From Escherichia phage vB_EcoM_PTE-Eco09, in sequence record PQ306574.1: a DNA stretch of 64,000 nt; one strand, 5' to 3'. Below, in pieces: positions 46,134-55,719 of this stretch. The first letter of the stretch is position 1. Every line of letters begins with the position of its first letter. The notes beneath the pieces are model-generated. The model made no database searches. It was not told the DNA's origin and was given only the letters and a program-made list of their open reading frames with translations. The translations under genes were made by a program, and so were the position numbers.

Positions 46134-46565
46134 ATGGTTTATCCAACCCCTAGTAAGATTTACATTGACGATACTCATTTTCTTGTTGAAATTATGGGTA
46201 TCAAGTTTAGTGGTAATGTTAAAATTGTAGAATGGGAATTGCACGGTCAATCTGTAACCGATCATGACCATTATATCCCTTTCGGTGGCGATGATAACTT
46301 TGTTTCATTCGACCATGAAGGTTACATGAACTTTGAGCAAGACGATGTACCTTTGTATCTGGCAATGATGGATATTCCTACTAAAACAGAATATACAGAG
46401 GGTGATTGCGATTGTTGCGGATACTACAGCGTAACAGATATTAAGCTGCTATCCGGTAAAGAACTTTACAAAGAGGATCATTTCGGAAACTGCAATTTTC
46501 CGTGTGATTGGCAAGAATTTTTCGAACTGGTAGAGATTGAGCGAACTTATGTGAGGAAGGGATAA
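46134..46565 (+). CDS. Hypothetical Cys-rich protein (143 aa)
   Basis: TGAGGATTATATAATG leader; CDCCGYY and CNFPCDW motifs. Confidence 0.5.
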   Translation: MVYPTPSKIYIDDTHFLVEIMGIKFSGNVKIVEWELHGQSVTDHDHYIPFGGDDNFVSFDHEGYMNFEQDDVPLYLAMMDIPTKTEYTEGDCDCCGYYSVTDIKLLSGKELYKEDHFGNCNFPCDWQEFFELVEIERTYVRKG

Positions 46566-47377
46566 TGAAGAAAGCATTAGGTTTAATTCCCTATACTGGC
46601 AATAAGGAAAAGTTATTGCCGGGTGTTAGTAAGTATTTCCCTAAGCACTATAACCGCTTTGTTGATGCCTTTTGTGGCGGCTTGAGCGTGTCTCTGTACG
46701 TAGAAGGGGATGTGCTGGCTAATGACTATGATCACCGCTTAATTGAAGCGTACAAAGCGATTGACGAGTGTCCTGATCCGGTTTCTACGATCAAGCGGAT
46801 TATTGCCGAGAATGATTTGTCTCGTGATGATAAAGATGCTTACATGGCATTCCGTAAGAAGTATAATGAGAATCCAGATCCGCTATCTCTGTTTGTTCTG
46901 ATTCAGCACAGTTTTAGCAACATTAACCGTCATAACAGGAAGGGCGAATTTAATGCTAATTTTGGTCGCCGGACTTTTAACGAAAACGCGGTAGAGCGTG
47001 TCCTGAATTTTAAGGAAGAAAACAAAGACGGTCGAATCAGTTTTACGTCTGGTCGTTATGACGAGATCGAGATCTTGCCAGGTGATTTCGTTTATTTGGA
47101 CCCGCCGTACCTTATCACTTCTGCGGAATATAATAAGTTCTGGAGTGACGAGGAAGAGATTAAATTCTATCAGTGGGTAGAATCTATTATGGCGCGTGGT
47201 TTTCAGTTTGGTATAAGTAATGTCACGCATCATAAGGGAAAGGCAAATGATCATCTTCTTGACTTTATCAAGCGGAATGATTTAAACTGCGTCTTGTTGA
47301 ATAAGACCTATTGCCTAGATCGTTCAGGTGGCAAGTCTTCTGATACGCAAGAAGTTTATGTAACTAACGTAGATTGA
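46565..47377 (+). CDS. dam: DNA adenine methyltransferase (T4 Dam-like)
   Basis: YTGNK, FVDAFCGGLSVSL, LAND, DPPYLITSAEYNKFWSDEEE resemble T4 Dam. Confidence 0.9.
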   Translation: MKKALGLIPYTGNKEKLLPGVSKYFPKHYNRFVDAFCGGLSVSLYVEGDVLANDYDHRLIEAYKAIDECPDPVSTIKRIIAENDLSRDDKDAYMAFRKKYNENPDPLSLFVLIQHSFSNINRHNRKGEFNANFGRRTFNENAVERVLNFKEENKDGRISFTSGRYDEIEILPGDFVYLDPPYLITSAEYNKFWSDEEEIKFYQWVESIMARGFQFGISNVTHHKGKANDHLLDFIKRNDLNCVLLNKTYCLDRSGGKSSDTQEVYVTNVD

Positions 47378-47385
47378 GGTATAAC

Positions 47386-47667
47386 ATGGTAGAAATTTTT
47401 GGTTTTGAAGGTTACAACTGTAAGTATTGCCAGAATGCAAAGCGCCTTTGTGAAGCGCGTAAGATCCCTTACATCTACATTCCGGTTAATGATGGTGTGG
47501 ACGAAAACGGTCGCCCGGTAAAGATTGATTCTATCATTGCCGATATTCAGGATCGCGCAGGGGTAGAAGTTATTGCCACCATGCCGCAGATTTTCTATGA
47601 TGGTGATTATATCGGTGGCTTTGATGAGTTCCGATCCTTTGTAGTCAAAAACAAGATTAATGGTTAA
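47386..47667 (+). CDS. nrdC: Thioredoxin/glutaredoxin (T4 NrdC-like)
   Basis: CKYCQNAKRL, TMPQIF, IGGFDEF resemble T4 NrdC CVYCDNAKRL, TMPQVF, IGGFDQL; the track start is TTG, moved to ATG. Confidence 0.8.
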   Translation: MVEIFGFEGYNCKYCQNAKRLCEARKIPYIYIPVNDGVDENGRPVKIDSIIADIQDRAGVEVIATMPQIFYDGDYIGGFDEFRSFVVKNKING

Positions 47668-47691
47668 ATACCTTCTTTGGAGGGTGAATTT

Positions 47692-48165
47692 ATGTTACTG
47701 ACTGCTAAGAGTGCTAAAGAGTACAAACAAGAACTATTCGAAAAACAGGGGGGCATTTGCCCCCTTTGTCAATTGCCACTTTTTGAGGATATGAGCAAAA
47801 ACCATCTTGACCACGACCACGATCTAGATGGGAAAGGGCAAGGCCGCGTAAGGGGATTGCTTCATTCGTGTTGCAACCGCCTAGAAGGATCGTTGACCGG
47901 AGACTTTAAACGGTTTGGTGTTGGTGCTTTAGGTGCTGATTTCGTTGTTTGGGCTACAAACTATGTTAATTACATCAAAGGAGACTACACCAACAATCAT
48001 TTACATCCTCAATATGCTGTTGATAAAGTAAAACGATTTTCACGCTTGACACGCGCGGAGATGGTTGATATTATGGACGCAGAAGGTTTCGATTACTGCG
48101 ACGCTGATACAAGAGAAGAGATCACGAAGAAGTATAAGAAACAATTTATACAAAGATTAAGATAG
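47692..48165 (+). CDS. 49: Endonuclease VII, Holliday junction resolvase (T4 gp49-like)
   Basis: MLLTAK.., HLDHDHDLDGKGQGRVRGLL, NYIKGDYTNNHLHP resemble T4 endo VII. Confidence 0.85.
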   Translation: MLLTAKSAKEYKQELFEKQGGICPLCQLPLFEDMSKNHLDHDHDLDGKGQGRVRGLLHSCCNRLEGSLTGDFKRFGVGALGADFVVWATNYVNYIKGDYTNNHLHPQYAVDKVKRFSRLTRAEMVDIMDAEGFDYCDADTREEITKKYKKQFIQRLR

Positions 48166-48168
48166 TAG

Positions 48169-48197
48169 TTGACAATAAGAAATGGGAGTAGTAAAAT
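48169..48197 (+). promoter_or_regulatory. Early promoter module with stem-loop over the -10 box
   Basis: TTGACA-N17-TAAAAT; inverted repeat GGGAGTA/TACTCCC (48184-48203). Confidence 0.6.
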
Positions 48198-48228
48198 ACT
48201 CCCATCTAATCAAGAAGGAGAATCAACA

Positions 48229-48501
48229 ATGCGTAAGATGTTTAAATCCGGTGTTGCCTATGTTTTTAAATCTGAGCAAGCACATAAAGACTTCTTAGAT
48301 GATGAATACGAAGGGGTGAAAGATACCTACGAAGTCATCAAGAATGGGTTTACTGTTCTTAAAGTGTCACCTGTTGGTTATGTAAGTGAAATCTCGGTTG
48401 ATGGGAAAACATACACCGCTAAAGACTTTGATCCGCGTTGGGAATTTATGCTGCTTCCGTGTGAGCGCATTCTGTTCCGTGCTGTTCAATTAGTGAAATG
48501 A
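48229..48501 (+). CDS. Modular family protein, short form (90 aa)
   Basis: AAGGAGAATCAACAATG leader; a K/E..GF.VLKV.. module also present in the next two ORFs. Confidence 0.5.
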   Translation: MRKMFKSGVAYVFKSEQAHKDFLDDEYEGVKDTYEVIKNGFTVLKVSPVGYVSEISVDGKTYTAKDFDPRWEFMLLPCERILFRAVQLVK

Positions 48502-48515
48502 TAGAGGATTATATT

Positions 48516-49082
48516 ATGGTACAGAAAACGTATAAATTGTATCCGGCTAAGTCTTCAAATGATGCTGTTTTTGAACGAGGTCGTTATTACACTTTCCGTA
48601 ATGCTGAGTCCGCAGAGGAATTTGTTAAACGCTACCAACAACATAACAAGTTCCTGTATGGTGTGCTTCACAGGGGCTTTAAAGTTCTTACGGTTAATGT
48701 TATGGGTAAAGTGTATTTGGTAGAAACTCATGATTATGAGGGTGCGTCAATCATGATTGATGCAAGCGAGCGCAAATACTTTAAACGCATCACTAAAAAG
48801 CAGTTTGAAGAAATGAAACCAGTTAAGAAAGAAGAATCTCTGGAAGATCTGATTAACTTGTTTGGTAAAGTTCGCTCTATCTCCTTTGCGATTGAAGATG
48901 ACATTACCGACAATAAAATCTTTATCAAGAACGCGGAAGACCTGAAAGAGTTCCTTATTGAAAATAGATCTCGGCTGGAAACCTTTCTTGAAAGTGAAAT
49001 TATTCGACATGATACCTACGCTAAATTCAGCGCCGATAAAGTAGCTGAACTGAAAGAGATCCAAAAGTCATTTAACGCTTGA
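48516..49082 (+). CDS. Modular family protein (188 aa)
   Basis: AGAGGATTATATTATG leader; shares NERKYFKRI(T/S)K and a C-terminal LFG..xxLKxFLI module with 49139..50317. Confidence 0.5.
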   Translation: MVQKTYKLYPAKSSNDAVFERGRYYTFRNAESAEEFVKRYQQHNKFLYGVLHRGFKVLTVNVMGKVYLVETHDYEGASIMIDASERKYFKRITKKQFEEMKPVKKEESLEDLINLFGKVRSISFAIEDDITDNKIFIKNAEDLKEFLIENRSRLETFLESEIIRHDTYAKFSADKVAELKEIQKSFNA

Positions 49083-49107
49083 CATGATGAAACGGGAGTA
49101 GTAAGAT
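49079..49107 (+). promoter_or_regulatory. Early promoter module with stem-loop over the -10 box
   Basis: TTGACA-N17-TAAGAT; inverted repeat GGGAGTA/TACTCCC; the -35 overlaps the upstream stop codon. Confidence 0.6.
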
Positions 49108-49138
49108 ACTCCCGTCTAAACAACGAGAGGATTATATT

Positions 49139-50317
49139 ATGGCTAAATTCTTTGAAGGTCATTACTATGCATTCCGTGAAGGCGGTAAAGATGAGTTTCT
49201 AGACTTTTCTCGCTATTCAATTATTCTGACCGATGCTTCGCGCCGTGGTCATATTCGGGTTGCTGAAATCGTAGAAAAGGGCTTTAAAGTATTAGAAAAA
49301 GATGACCACGGTCATGTTATTACTATTGAAGCTGGAGATGTAGTTTATTCCGCTGAGGATATCGTTTATTATTGGTCTACTATGATTATGCACAATGAGC
49401 GCAAATACTTTAAACGTATCTCAAAAGAGGCATACGAAGCGATGAACAAGAAAGAGGATGCAATGCCGACTTACTTTGAAAAAGGTAAATGTTATTCGTT
49501 TACCCCAGAAGGTTTGCAAGAATTTAAGCGATTCTGGGGAGAGCATGACCCAGAGCACAAAGAAGCCATGAAACTTGTTGATTTTGTCGAATATGGCTTT
49601 TTAGTTGAAGAAGAATTGCACGGATCAGCTACCATGATCACCGCGAAAGGTGAAACCGTCAAGGCGGACCGTTTTTGTGACCAATGGAATTGCTTGTTTG
49701 ACGGTAGCGAATTTGAATACTTCGCGGAAATCACGAAACAACAATTTCATTCTATGCAAGCGGATGGTCAGAGATTTAAAGTAGGTGAACGCTACAAACC
49801 AAATCAGCATAATTTGCCATATTGGTTTACCGCTGAAACTGTATCAAGTCATGTTGTTGAAATTGTTCAAAAGCTGGGACAAGGATTTAAGGTAACTAAA
49901 GTAGATGATTATGGAAGTGTTGACGCGGTTGAAATTGATGGTGTAGAATATACACCGAAATCTTTCGGTCTTTGCTGGTATCACTTGATCAGCAATGATG
50001 AACGTTATAACTTTGTTGAACTGCCATCTGAACCGGAAGAAGCACTAGAAGATCATGATCATCTGTCTGAACTGGTTAAGCTGTTTGGTGATCTGCCGGA
50101 TGGTGTAGGCGTGGCGGTAATGGGTGAAGGTGCTGTTATCCGAAACCTGAAAGACTTTAAAAAGTTCTTGATTGACATGCTGCCTAAACTTGATGATAAT
50201 CTAGATACAGATATTCAGAATCGCAAAGAAATTGTTAAAGAGACTGAAAAAGAGATCGAAGAGATTCGAGCAATTCGCCAGAAGGTGAAAGCAGTAAAGA
50301 AAAAAGTTAGTGCTTGA
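49139..50317 (+). CDS. Modular family protein, long form (392 aa)
   Basis: AGAGGATTATATTATG leader; internal repeats of the module seen in the two preceding ORFs. Confidence 0.55.
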   Translation: MAKFFEGHYYAFREGGKDEFLDFSRYSIILTDASRRGHIRVAEIVEKGFKVLEKDDHGHVITIEAGDVVYSAEDIVYYWSTMIMHNERKYFKRISKEAYEAMNKKEDAMPTYFEKGKCYSFTPEGLQEFKRFWGEHDPEHKEAMKLVDFVEYGFLVEEELHGSATMITAKGETVKADRFCDQWNCLFDGSEFEYFAEITKQQFHSMQADGQRFKVGERYKPNQHNLPYWFTAETVSSHVVEIVQKLGQGFKVTKVDDYGSVDAVEIDGVEYTPKSFGLCWYHLISNDERYNFVELPSEPEEALEDHDHLSELVKLFGDLPDGVGVAVMGEGAVIRNLKDFKKFLIDMLPKLDDNLDTDIQNRKEIVKETEKEIEEIRAIRQKVKAVKKKVSA

Positions 50318-50341
50318 CATGCGAAGGGAGTATGCTATAAT
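50314..50341 (+). promoter_or_regulatory. Early promoter module with stem-loop over the -10 box
   Basis: TTGACA-N16-TATAAT; inverted repeat GGGAGTA/TACTCCC (50326-50347). Confidence 0.6.
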
Positions 50342-50371
50342 ACTCCCACTTAACAACGAGAGGATTATATT

Positions 50372-50866
50372 ATGTGGGTACAAGATGTTTGGTATACTGT
50401 AACTAAAGAAAACCTTGACGCATTCAGCGACCAATCTTGCGCTAATAGCTCAATTGCTGGTATACTTACTGATGTGTTTGGTGGTGTAGATAAAATTCGT
50501 TTTAAAGTTGTTGTTAGTTCGCTGGGTCAGGTGAAAGATCTTTACACCGAAGATAAAGACCTTGATCTTGAACTTCGTCTTCGTATTGATAATGCAAGTC
50601 TAGGTTATTGGTTTGAAGATAACGAATATGAATACTTCACGCCAGCAATTAAAGTTTTTGCGACTAAACTGGAAGCTGTACTGAATCTCCGACCAATTAA
50701 TGTTGACGGATACATTATCAAAAATATTCAGGATTGGGAGTTGTATCTAGATCAGGTTATCCGAAATAGTAAGCAGGAAGCCGCTAATAAGAAGCGACAA
50801 GAGATTAAACAGCTTAAAGCTGAACTAGAAGCTAAAGAAAAAGAATTAGCAGAACTGGTAAAATAA
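50372..50866 (+). CDS. Hypothetical protein with C-terminal coiled coil (164 aa)
   Basis: AGAGGATTATATTATG leader; KKRQEIKQLKAELEAKEKELAELVK. Confidence 0.55.
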   Translation: MWVQDVWYTVTKENLDAFSDQSCANSSIAGILTDVFGGVDKIRFKVVVSSLGQVKDLYTEDKDLDLELRLRIDNASLGYWFEDNEYEYFTPAIKVFATKLEAVLNLRPINVDGYIIKNIQDWELYLDQVIRNSKQEAANKKRQEIKQLKAELEAKEKELAELVK

Positions 50867-50875
50867 CTATCAACG

Positions 50876-50898
50876 AGCGGGAGAAATCCCGCTTTTTC
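50876..50898 (+). terminator. Rho-independent terminator
   Basis: AGCGGGAGAAATCCCGCT hairpin followed by TTTTT. Confidence 0.6.
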
Positions 50899-50910
50899 AT
50901 AGGTGATACA

Positions 50911-52773
50911 ATGGAAAAACTAATCAAAGACATTACAGAGATCGCAACGGGTAAAGAAAACGAAGTAAGCAAAGAGAACGCGAACAAAGACGCGCGAACA
51001 TTCCCGACACGTCGAGATCTGATTGCTGGCGCTGTGTCTAAACAGATTGCTAAAACCGTGTTACCTGAGCACATCTATAAAGCGCATGTAGACGGTGATA
51101 TTCATTATCATGATATGGATTATGCACCAGCTATGCCGTTTACTAACTGCTGTCTTGTTAATCTCAAAGACATGTTAGAGAATGGTTTTAAATTGGGTAG
51201 CGCACAAATCGAAAGTCCGAAATCAATCGGCGTTGCTTGTGCTGTAACCGCTCAAATTATCGCACAGGTGGCAAGTCATCAATATGGCGGGACCACAATT
51301 GCAAACATCGATCAGGTTTTAGCGCCATACGTTGAGAAAACATATCATAAACACCTTGCTGATGCCGAAACCTACGGAATCAAAGCTGATACTCTCTATG
51401 CACAAGAGAAGACAGAAAAAGAAACTTTAGACGGGTATCAAGCGTTGGAATATGAAATCAACACTTTGTTCTCCACCAACGGTCAAACGCCTTTTGTGAC
51501 TTTAACCTTTGGTATGGGTACTAGCTGGGAAGAAAAACTGATTCAGAAAGCGATCCTGAACGTTCGAACTAAAGGTTTAGGTAAAGATGGTATCACTCCG
51601 GTGTTTCCTAAGCTGGTGATGTTCTTAGAAGAAGGATTAAACCTTAAACCGGAAGATCCGAACTACGACATTAAGCAACTTGCATTGGAATGTTCGAGTA
51701 AGCGTCTTTACCCTGATTATATCTCTGCGAAGAATAACCGTAGCATCACTGGATCTAGTGTTCCGGTTAGCCCGATGGGTTGTCGTAGCTTCCTGGGTGT
51801 GTGGCATAATGAGAAAGGCGAAGAAGTATTAGACGGACGTAATAACTTAGGTGTTGTGACTCTGAATCTTCCGCGTATTGCCCTTATTGCCGCGCGTCGT
51901 GCTGGTAAAGCGTCTGTAATGCGCAGAATTGAGCTATTCGAACAAGAGCTAGCTAATCGTATGCCTATTTGTTTTGATGCGCTCATGAGTCGCGTAGACG
52001 CTTTAAAAGGCGCTAAAGCCAATGTTGCTCCTGTACTATATACCGAAGGTGCATTTTTCCGTATTCATCAAAACGATGAAATTTTGGAAGTGTTGAAAGA
52101 TGGTCGCGCTAGTATCTCTCTTGGATATATTGGTTTACATGAGGTATTGAGCGTCCTGTTTGATGTTCATCCGTTTGATTCGGAAGATGCGCAGCGATAC
52201 GGTAAACATATTCTTAAGATCTTGCGTCATTATACTGAAAAATGGAAGGACGAAACCGGACTTGGGTTTAGTCTTTACGGTACTCCAGCCGAGAGCCTTT
52301 GCTATCGATTTAATCGACTGGACCGAGAGCAATTTGGTATTGTTAAGGGTGCTACCGATAAAGACTGGTACACCAACTCATTCCACCTTGACGTAGACCG
52401 GAAAGTCACTCCATTTGAGAAAATTGACTTTGAGAAAGATTATCACTGGCTGGCGTCCGGTGGCATGATCTCTTATGTTGAGTTCCCAGACATGAAAAAC
52501 AACCTGAAAGGTCTTGAAACTGTAGTAGACTATGCAATGGATAAATTGCACTACTTCGGTGTTAATACTCCTTCTGATGTATGTCATGTATGCGGATCTA
52601 CTAAGGAAATGAGAGCGACCGAGTCTGGTTTTGTTTGTCCTGATTGCGGTAATGACAATCTGGAAAAGATGAATGTTATCCGTCGCGTTAGTGGATATCT
52701 TGGATCTGTTGATCTGCGTCCATTCAACCACGGGAAACACTCCGAGATGGTAAACCGCGTTAAGCACATGTAA
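50911..52773 (+). CDS. nrdD: Anaerobic ribonucleoside-triphosphate reductase
   Basis: 620 aa; long stretches resemble T4 NrdD (NANKDARTFPTRRDL, PFTNCCLVNLKDMLENGFKLGSAQIE, C-terminal glycyl-radical RRVSGYLG); no intron. Confidence 0.9.
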   Translation: MEKLIKDITEIATGKENEVSKENANKDARTFPTRRDLIAGAVSKQIAKTVLPEHIYKAHVDGDIHYHDMDYAPAMPFTNCCLVNLKDMLENGFKLGSAQIESPKSIGVACAVTAQIIAQVASHQYGGTTIANIDQVLAPYVEKTYHKHLADAETYGIKADTLYAQEKTEKETLDGYQALEYEINTLFSTNGQTPFVTLTFGMGTSWEEKLIQKAILNVRTKGLGKDGITPVFPKLVMFLEEGLNLKPEDPNYDIKQLALECSSKRLYPDYISAKNNRSITGSSVPVSPMGCRSFLGVWHNEKGEEVLDGRNNLGVVTLNLPRIALIAARRAGKASVMRRIELFEQELANRMPICFDALMSRVDALKGAKANVAPVLYTEGAFFRIHQNDEILEVLKDGRASISLGYIGLHEVLSVLFDVHPFDSEDAQRYGKHILKILRHYTEKWKDETGLGFSLYGTPAESLCYRFNRLDREQFGIVKGATDKDWYTNSFHLDVDRKVTPFEKIDFEKDYHWLASGGMISYVEFPDMKNNLKGLETVVDYAMDKLHYFGVNTPSDVCHVCGSTKEMRATESGFVCPDCGNDNLEKMNVIRRVSGYLGSVDLRPFNHGKHSEMVNRVKHM

Positions 52774-52778
52774 ATTTC

Positions 52779-52810
52779 AGCCGATCCGAAAGGGTCGGCT
52801 TTTTCGTTTT
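52779..52810 (+). terminator. Rho-independent terminator
   Basis: AGCCGATCCGAAAGGGTCGGCT hairpin followed by TTTTTCGTTTT. Confidence 0.7.
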
Positions 52811-52816
52811 GGGGTG

Positions 52817-52844
52817 TTGACAACATGATTAGCTAATGTATAAT
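52817..52844 (+). promoter_or_regulatory. Early promoter module (TTGACA-N16-TATAAT)
   Basis: GGGGTGTTGACA..TGTATAAT. Confidence 0.65.
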
Positions 52845-52873
52845 GCTCACATCGAAAACAACGAGAGGACAAC

Positions 52874-53413
52874 ATGATGATGTTTTGTGTACTGAACAAA
52901 GAAGTTAAACTTCGTAAACTGGAAATTGGCGATGGTGTTGTTGTTAAAATGCACGCTAGCACATTGACTAGTTTTAATTTAAAGGAAAGTTTTTTTATTA
53001 GAGGAACGGTGGTTAATATCTGCTGGAGTCAAGGCGAAGGAATCCGTAGCTTTTGCGTAATTGACGATGATAATAACCTGTATGTGATTCGCTATCATAA
53101 TAATTCTGTATTGGTCTATACCGACAATTCACGAGAATTGTATACTCTTGAATTTGTTAAGCGTACTGATTGCGATCGATTTGTTCGTGCTTATGAAGAA
53201 GATGGCTGTTTTGCGACTGAAACAGAAACAAATGAATATGTTCCTATGGAAGTAGGGGCAGAAATTAAACACAAGATCACGGATCGTATTTTTAAGGTTG
53301 TGGCGGTTGCTCATACTCAATTTGTAGCGCAAGCGCCGGATGAAGAATTTATTATCTACAATATTGGTAATGCAAGTTCTCATTTTCATAATGTACTATA
53401 TCGCGACCTTTGA
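52874..53413 (+). CDS. Hypothetical protein (179 aa)
   Basis: ATG after the promoter; GAGAGGA RBS. Confidence 0.55.
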   Translation: MMMFCVLNKEVKLRKLEIGDGVVVKMHASTLTSFNLKESFFIRGTVVNICWSQGEGIRSFCVIDDDNNLYVIRYHNNSVLVYTDNSRELYTLEFVKRTDCDRFVRAYEEDGCFATETETNEYVPMEVGAEIKHKITDRIFKVVAVAHTQFVAQAPDEEFIIYNIGNASSHFHNVLYRDL

Positions 53414-53430
53414 TAATGTGTGAGGTGAAT

Positions 53431-53958
53431 ATGAAATCATTAAACCGTAAGCGTAAAGCACAACGACACAAAGAACGAGCTAAAAAGATTGCTATTGAAC
53501 TTGTAGAGCGAGAAGATAACTATTTGTCTACGGGTCGTTTGTATACATTCCATGCATTGATTGATGGTAAGCCAGTGTTGCATAATCATGATTGCTTAGC
53601 ACTGTTTCACGAGATCGAACCAATCCATCGTGAATGGGATGACAACAAAGCAAAAGGACAATATTTCCTTACTTGTTCGTGTGGTCATGCTGGATGTGCT
53701 GGATATTGGGAACCTGTTACGATCCGTGAGAAAACTGATACTATTCAATGGGTCGCCAGTACCCGCGATGGTTATGATAAAGGGGTTGATGGTACTGGTG
53801 ATAACGTAGTTTACTTTAATCGTGATTGGTATTGTATGGCGCGATGTATGATCCTGTTTTATCTTGACTCGATGCCGTATGAATATTTCAGTTTCCAGAA
53901 CGGGTCCGAAATGACAGGGAAGGAATGGTCTGAATACATTCGAAAAAATTTAAAATAA
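53431..53958 (+). CDS. Hypothetical protein (175 aa)
   Basis: ATG with GAGGTGA RBS (the track start is TTG); basic N-terminus; CSCGHAGCAGYW. Confidence 0.5.
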   Translation: MKSLNRKRKAQRHKERAKKIAIELVEREDNYLSTGRLYTFHALIDGKPVLHNHDCLALFHEIEPIHREWDDNKAKGQYFLTCSCGHAGCAGYWEPVTIREKTDTIQWVASTRDGYDKGVDGTGDNVVYFNRDWYCMARCMILFYLDSMPYEYFSFQNGSEMTGKEWSEYIRKNLK

Positions 53959-53962
53959 ATGC

Positions 53963-53991
53963 TTGACGGGGATCGCGAGATCCCCTATACT
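53963..53991 (+). promoter_or_regulatory. Early promoter module with spacer stem-loop
   Basis: TTGACG-N17-TATACT; spacer palindrome GGGGATCGCGAGATCCCC. Confidence 0.55.
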
Positions 53992-54033
53992 ATATTCATC
54001 AAGACGAGATACAACTTTACAGGAGAATCAAAT

Positions 54034-54186
54034 ATGTGGACTTTACTGATTTGGGAAACTGAAAACGCACAAGTAGAAATCCGTGAATACGAATACCTAA
54101 GCCCAGCTTATCTATTAGCATCTCGCGGTGGTTACTATAAAGCGCAGATTGTAAACGAGTTCGGGGTAATTGAATATGAGTTCTGA
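54034..54186 (+). CDS. Small protein (50 aa)
   Basis: ATG after the promoter and CAGGAGAATCAAATATG leader. Confidence 0.45.
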   Translation: MWTLLIWETENAQVEIREYEYLSPAYLLASRGGYYKAQIVNEFGVIEYEF

Positions 54187-54679
54187 TACATACGGCAAGC
54201 TACGCTATGCCGATATTAAAGATTGTGATATGGTGAACGGTGAGGGAGTGAGAGTCTCCCTTTACGTTACCGGATGTTCACACGCATGTGATGGTTGCTT
54301 TAATGCTAGCCTACTCAATCCTAAGAACGGGGAACCATTCACCGATGATACAATGGGATTGATTCTGGATCTGCTTAGACCTGATTTTATTCAGGGGCTA
54401 ACATTCTTAGGTGGCGATCCATTGTATAAACGCAATTTAAAGGGTGTACAGCGGATCATCGATGAAGTAAAATCATGGATGCCAAATAAAGATATTTGGC
54501 TATGGTCTGGTTATACCCTTGACCAATTGAATGATGAGCAAAGAAAAATTGTAGAATCAGTTGACATGTTCATCGATGGGCGTTATATTAAAGATATGCC
54601 AACGAAGAAGCCGTGGCGGGGGTCTGACAATCAAGTACAATACAAGATTGTTAATAGTATTCCAGTGAAAATTATTTGA
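54176..54679 (+). CDS. nrdG: Anaerobic ribonucleotide reductase activating protein (radical SAM)
   Basis: YVTGCSHACDGCFN CxxxCxxC cluster; 167 aa; adjacent to nrdD. Confidence 0.8.
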   Translation: MSSDTYGKLRYADIKDCDMVNGEGVRVSLYVTGCSHACDGCFNASLLNPKNGEPFTDDTMGLILDLLRPDFIQGLTFLGGDPLYKRNLKGVQRIIDEVKSWMPNKDIWLWSGYTLDQLNDEQRKIVESVDMFIDGRYIKDMPTKKPWRGSDNQVQYKIVNSIPVKII

Positions 54680-54689
54680 GGTGATTATT

Positions 54690-55217
54690 ATGGAATGGGA
54701 AGTTGGTAAAACTTACAAGATTGAATGCGAAGCGTCGAAAGCCGAACTGACTAAATTTTCGTCGTCTATTAACAGATGTATTGTTGACTTGTTGGCTGGT
54801 CGCCCGTTTAGGGTAGAAGACCTTGACGATGATGGTGATGTTAGAGAAATTACTATTATTGGTAGTAATTTCGACTCTATGACGTTAAAAGAATCCCCTA
54901 TTGGCTGTTCCGGTGTGTGGTTTTGGTCGGGTGAGCGTCGTTTCTTTACCGAAGTTACTATTGAACCTAAGATTCCAGAATCGGAAGAAAAAGAAGAAGA
55001 CCTAACTTTAGAACGTCTGGGTCTGCTTATGGAAGCCTACGACATTCAGTTGATCGATAAGATGGGGTTACATAATAGCATTGCCAAAATTACTACCATA
55101 GAAGGTATTAAGAGCGTACTGGATGGTATGCCTAGCCGGATCGGTGCTATCCGCGAATACAAGCAAACGCGCGACCGTATGATCCAATTAGAATCACGTA
55201 TCAAAAATGAGAGATGA
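54690..55217 (+). CDS. Repeat-module family protein 1 (WEVGKTY module)
   Basis: MEWEVGKTYK..WFWSGERRFFTEV; GAGGTGA RBS. Confidence 0.5.
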   Translation: MEWEVGKTYKIECEASKAELTKFSSSINRCIVDLLAGRPFRVEDLDDDGDVREITIIGSNFDSMTLKESPIGCSGVWFWSGERRFFTEVTIEPKIPESEEKEEDLTLERLGLLMEAYDIQLIDKMGLHNSIAKITTIEGIKSVLDGMPSRIGAIREYKQTRDRMIQLESRIKNER

Positions 55218-55221
55218 TATT

Positions 55222-55707
55222 ATGAAATGGGAAGAAGGGAAGACATATAAGTTGGTTGGTGAGGACGAAAAGCGCATTTTGCGTGATTGTTGGCGTTACG
55301 AACAAAAACCTAATATTGATGGTGTGTTTACATATCTAGATAAACCATTTACTGTCGCTACGGTAGACCGTTGGGGTAATGTACGTTCAATCTATAATCA
55401 CGAAGGGGATTATATTAGTTCTATCGATGTTGGTGATAATATATGGTTTTCCGATGGCGACCGAGCGTGCTTCAAAGAAGTTTTATTGCCTGGTCATGAA
55501 TATGATCTAATAGACCTTCTCAAATTGGCGATGGATAATTATAAAATTCGCTTTGAATGCAAATCACATGCGGCTATCGGTGCTAATGCCTTGCGTCATA
55601 TCTCCAGTTTTGAAGAGTTGAAAGATTTTCTTGACAAAATGCCGGAAAGAGTGCAAGCTATACAGGAAGCAGAGAAAGCATTAAACGAACTTGATAAAAT
55701 CGGTTAA
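55222..55707 (+). CDS. Repeat-module family protein 2
   Basis: MKWEEGKTYK..WFSDGDRACFKEV; C-terminal helical tail similar to protein 1. Confidence 0.5.
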   Translation: MKWEEGKTYKLVGEDEKRILRDCWRYEQKPNIDGVFTYLDKPFTVATVDRWGNVRSIYNHEGDYISSIDVGDNIWFSDGDRACFKEVLLPGHEYDLIDLLKLAMDNYKIRFECKSHAAIGANALRHISSFEELKDFLDKMPERVQAIQEAEKALNELDKIG

Positions 55708-55719
55708 GGGGAATATATT

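Noticed and set aside
50911-52773. Possible group I intron or homing endonuclease inside nrdD, as occurs in T4
   Set aside because: The nrdD ORF is continuous over 620 codons and reads collinear with T4 NrdD as recalled; no interruption seen
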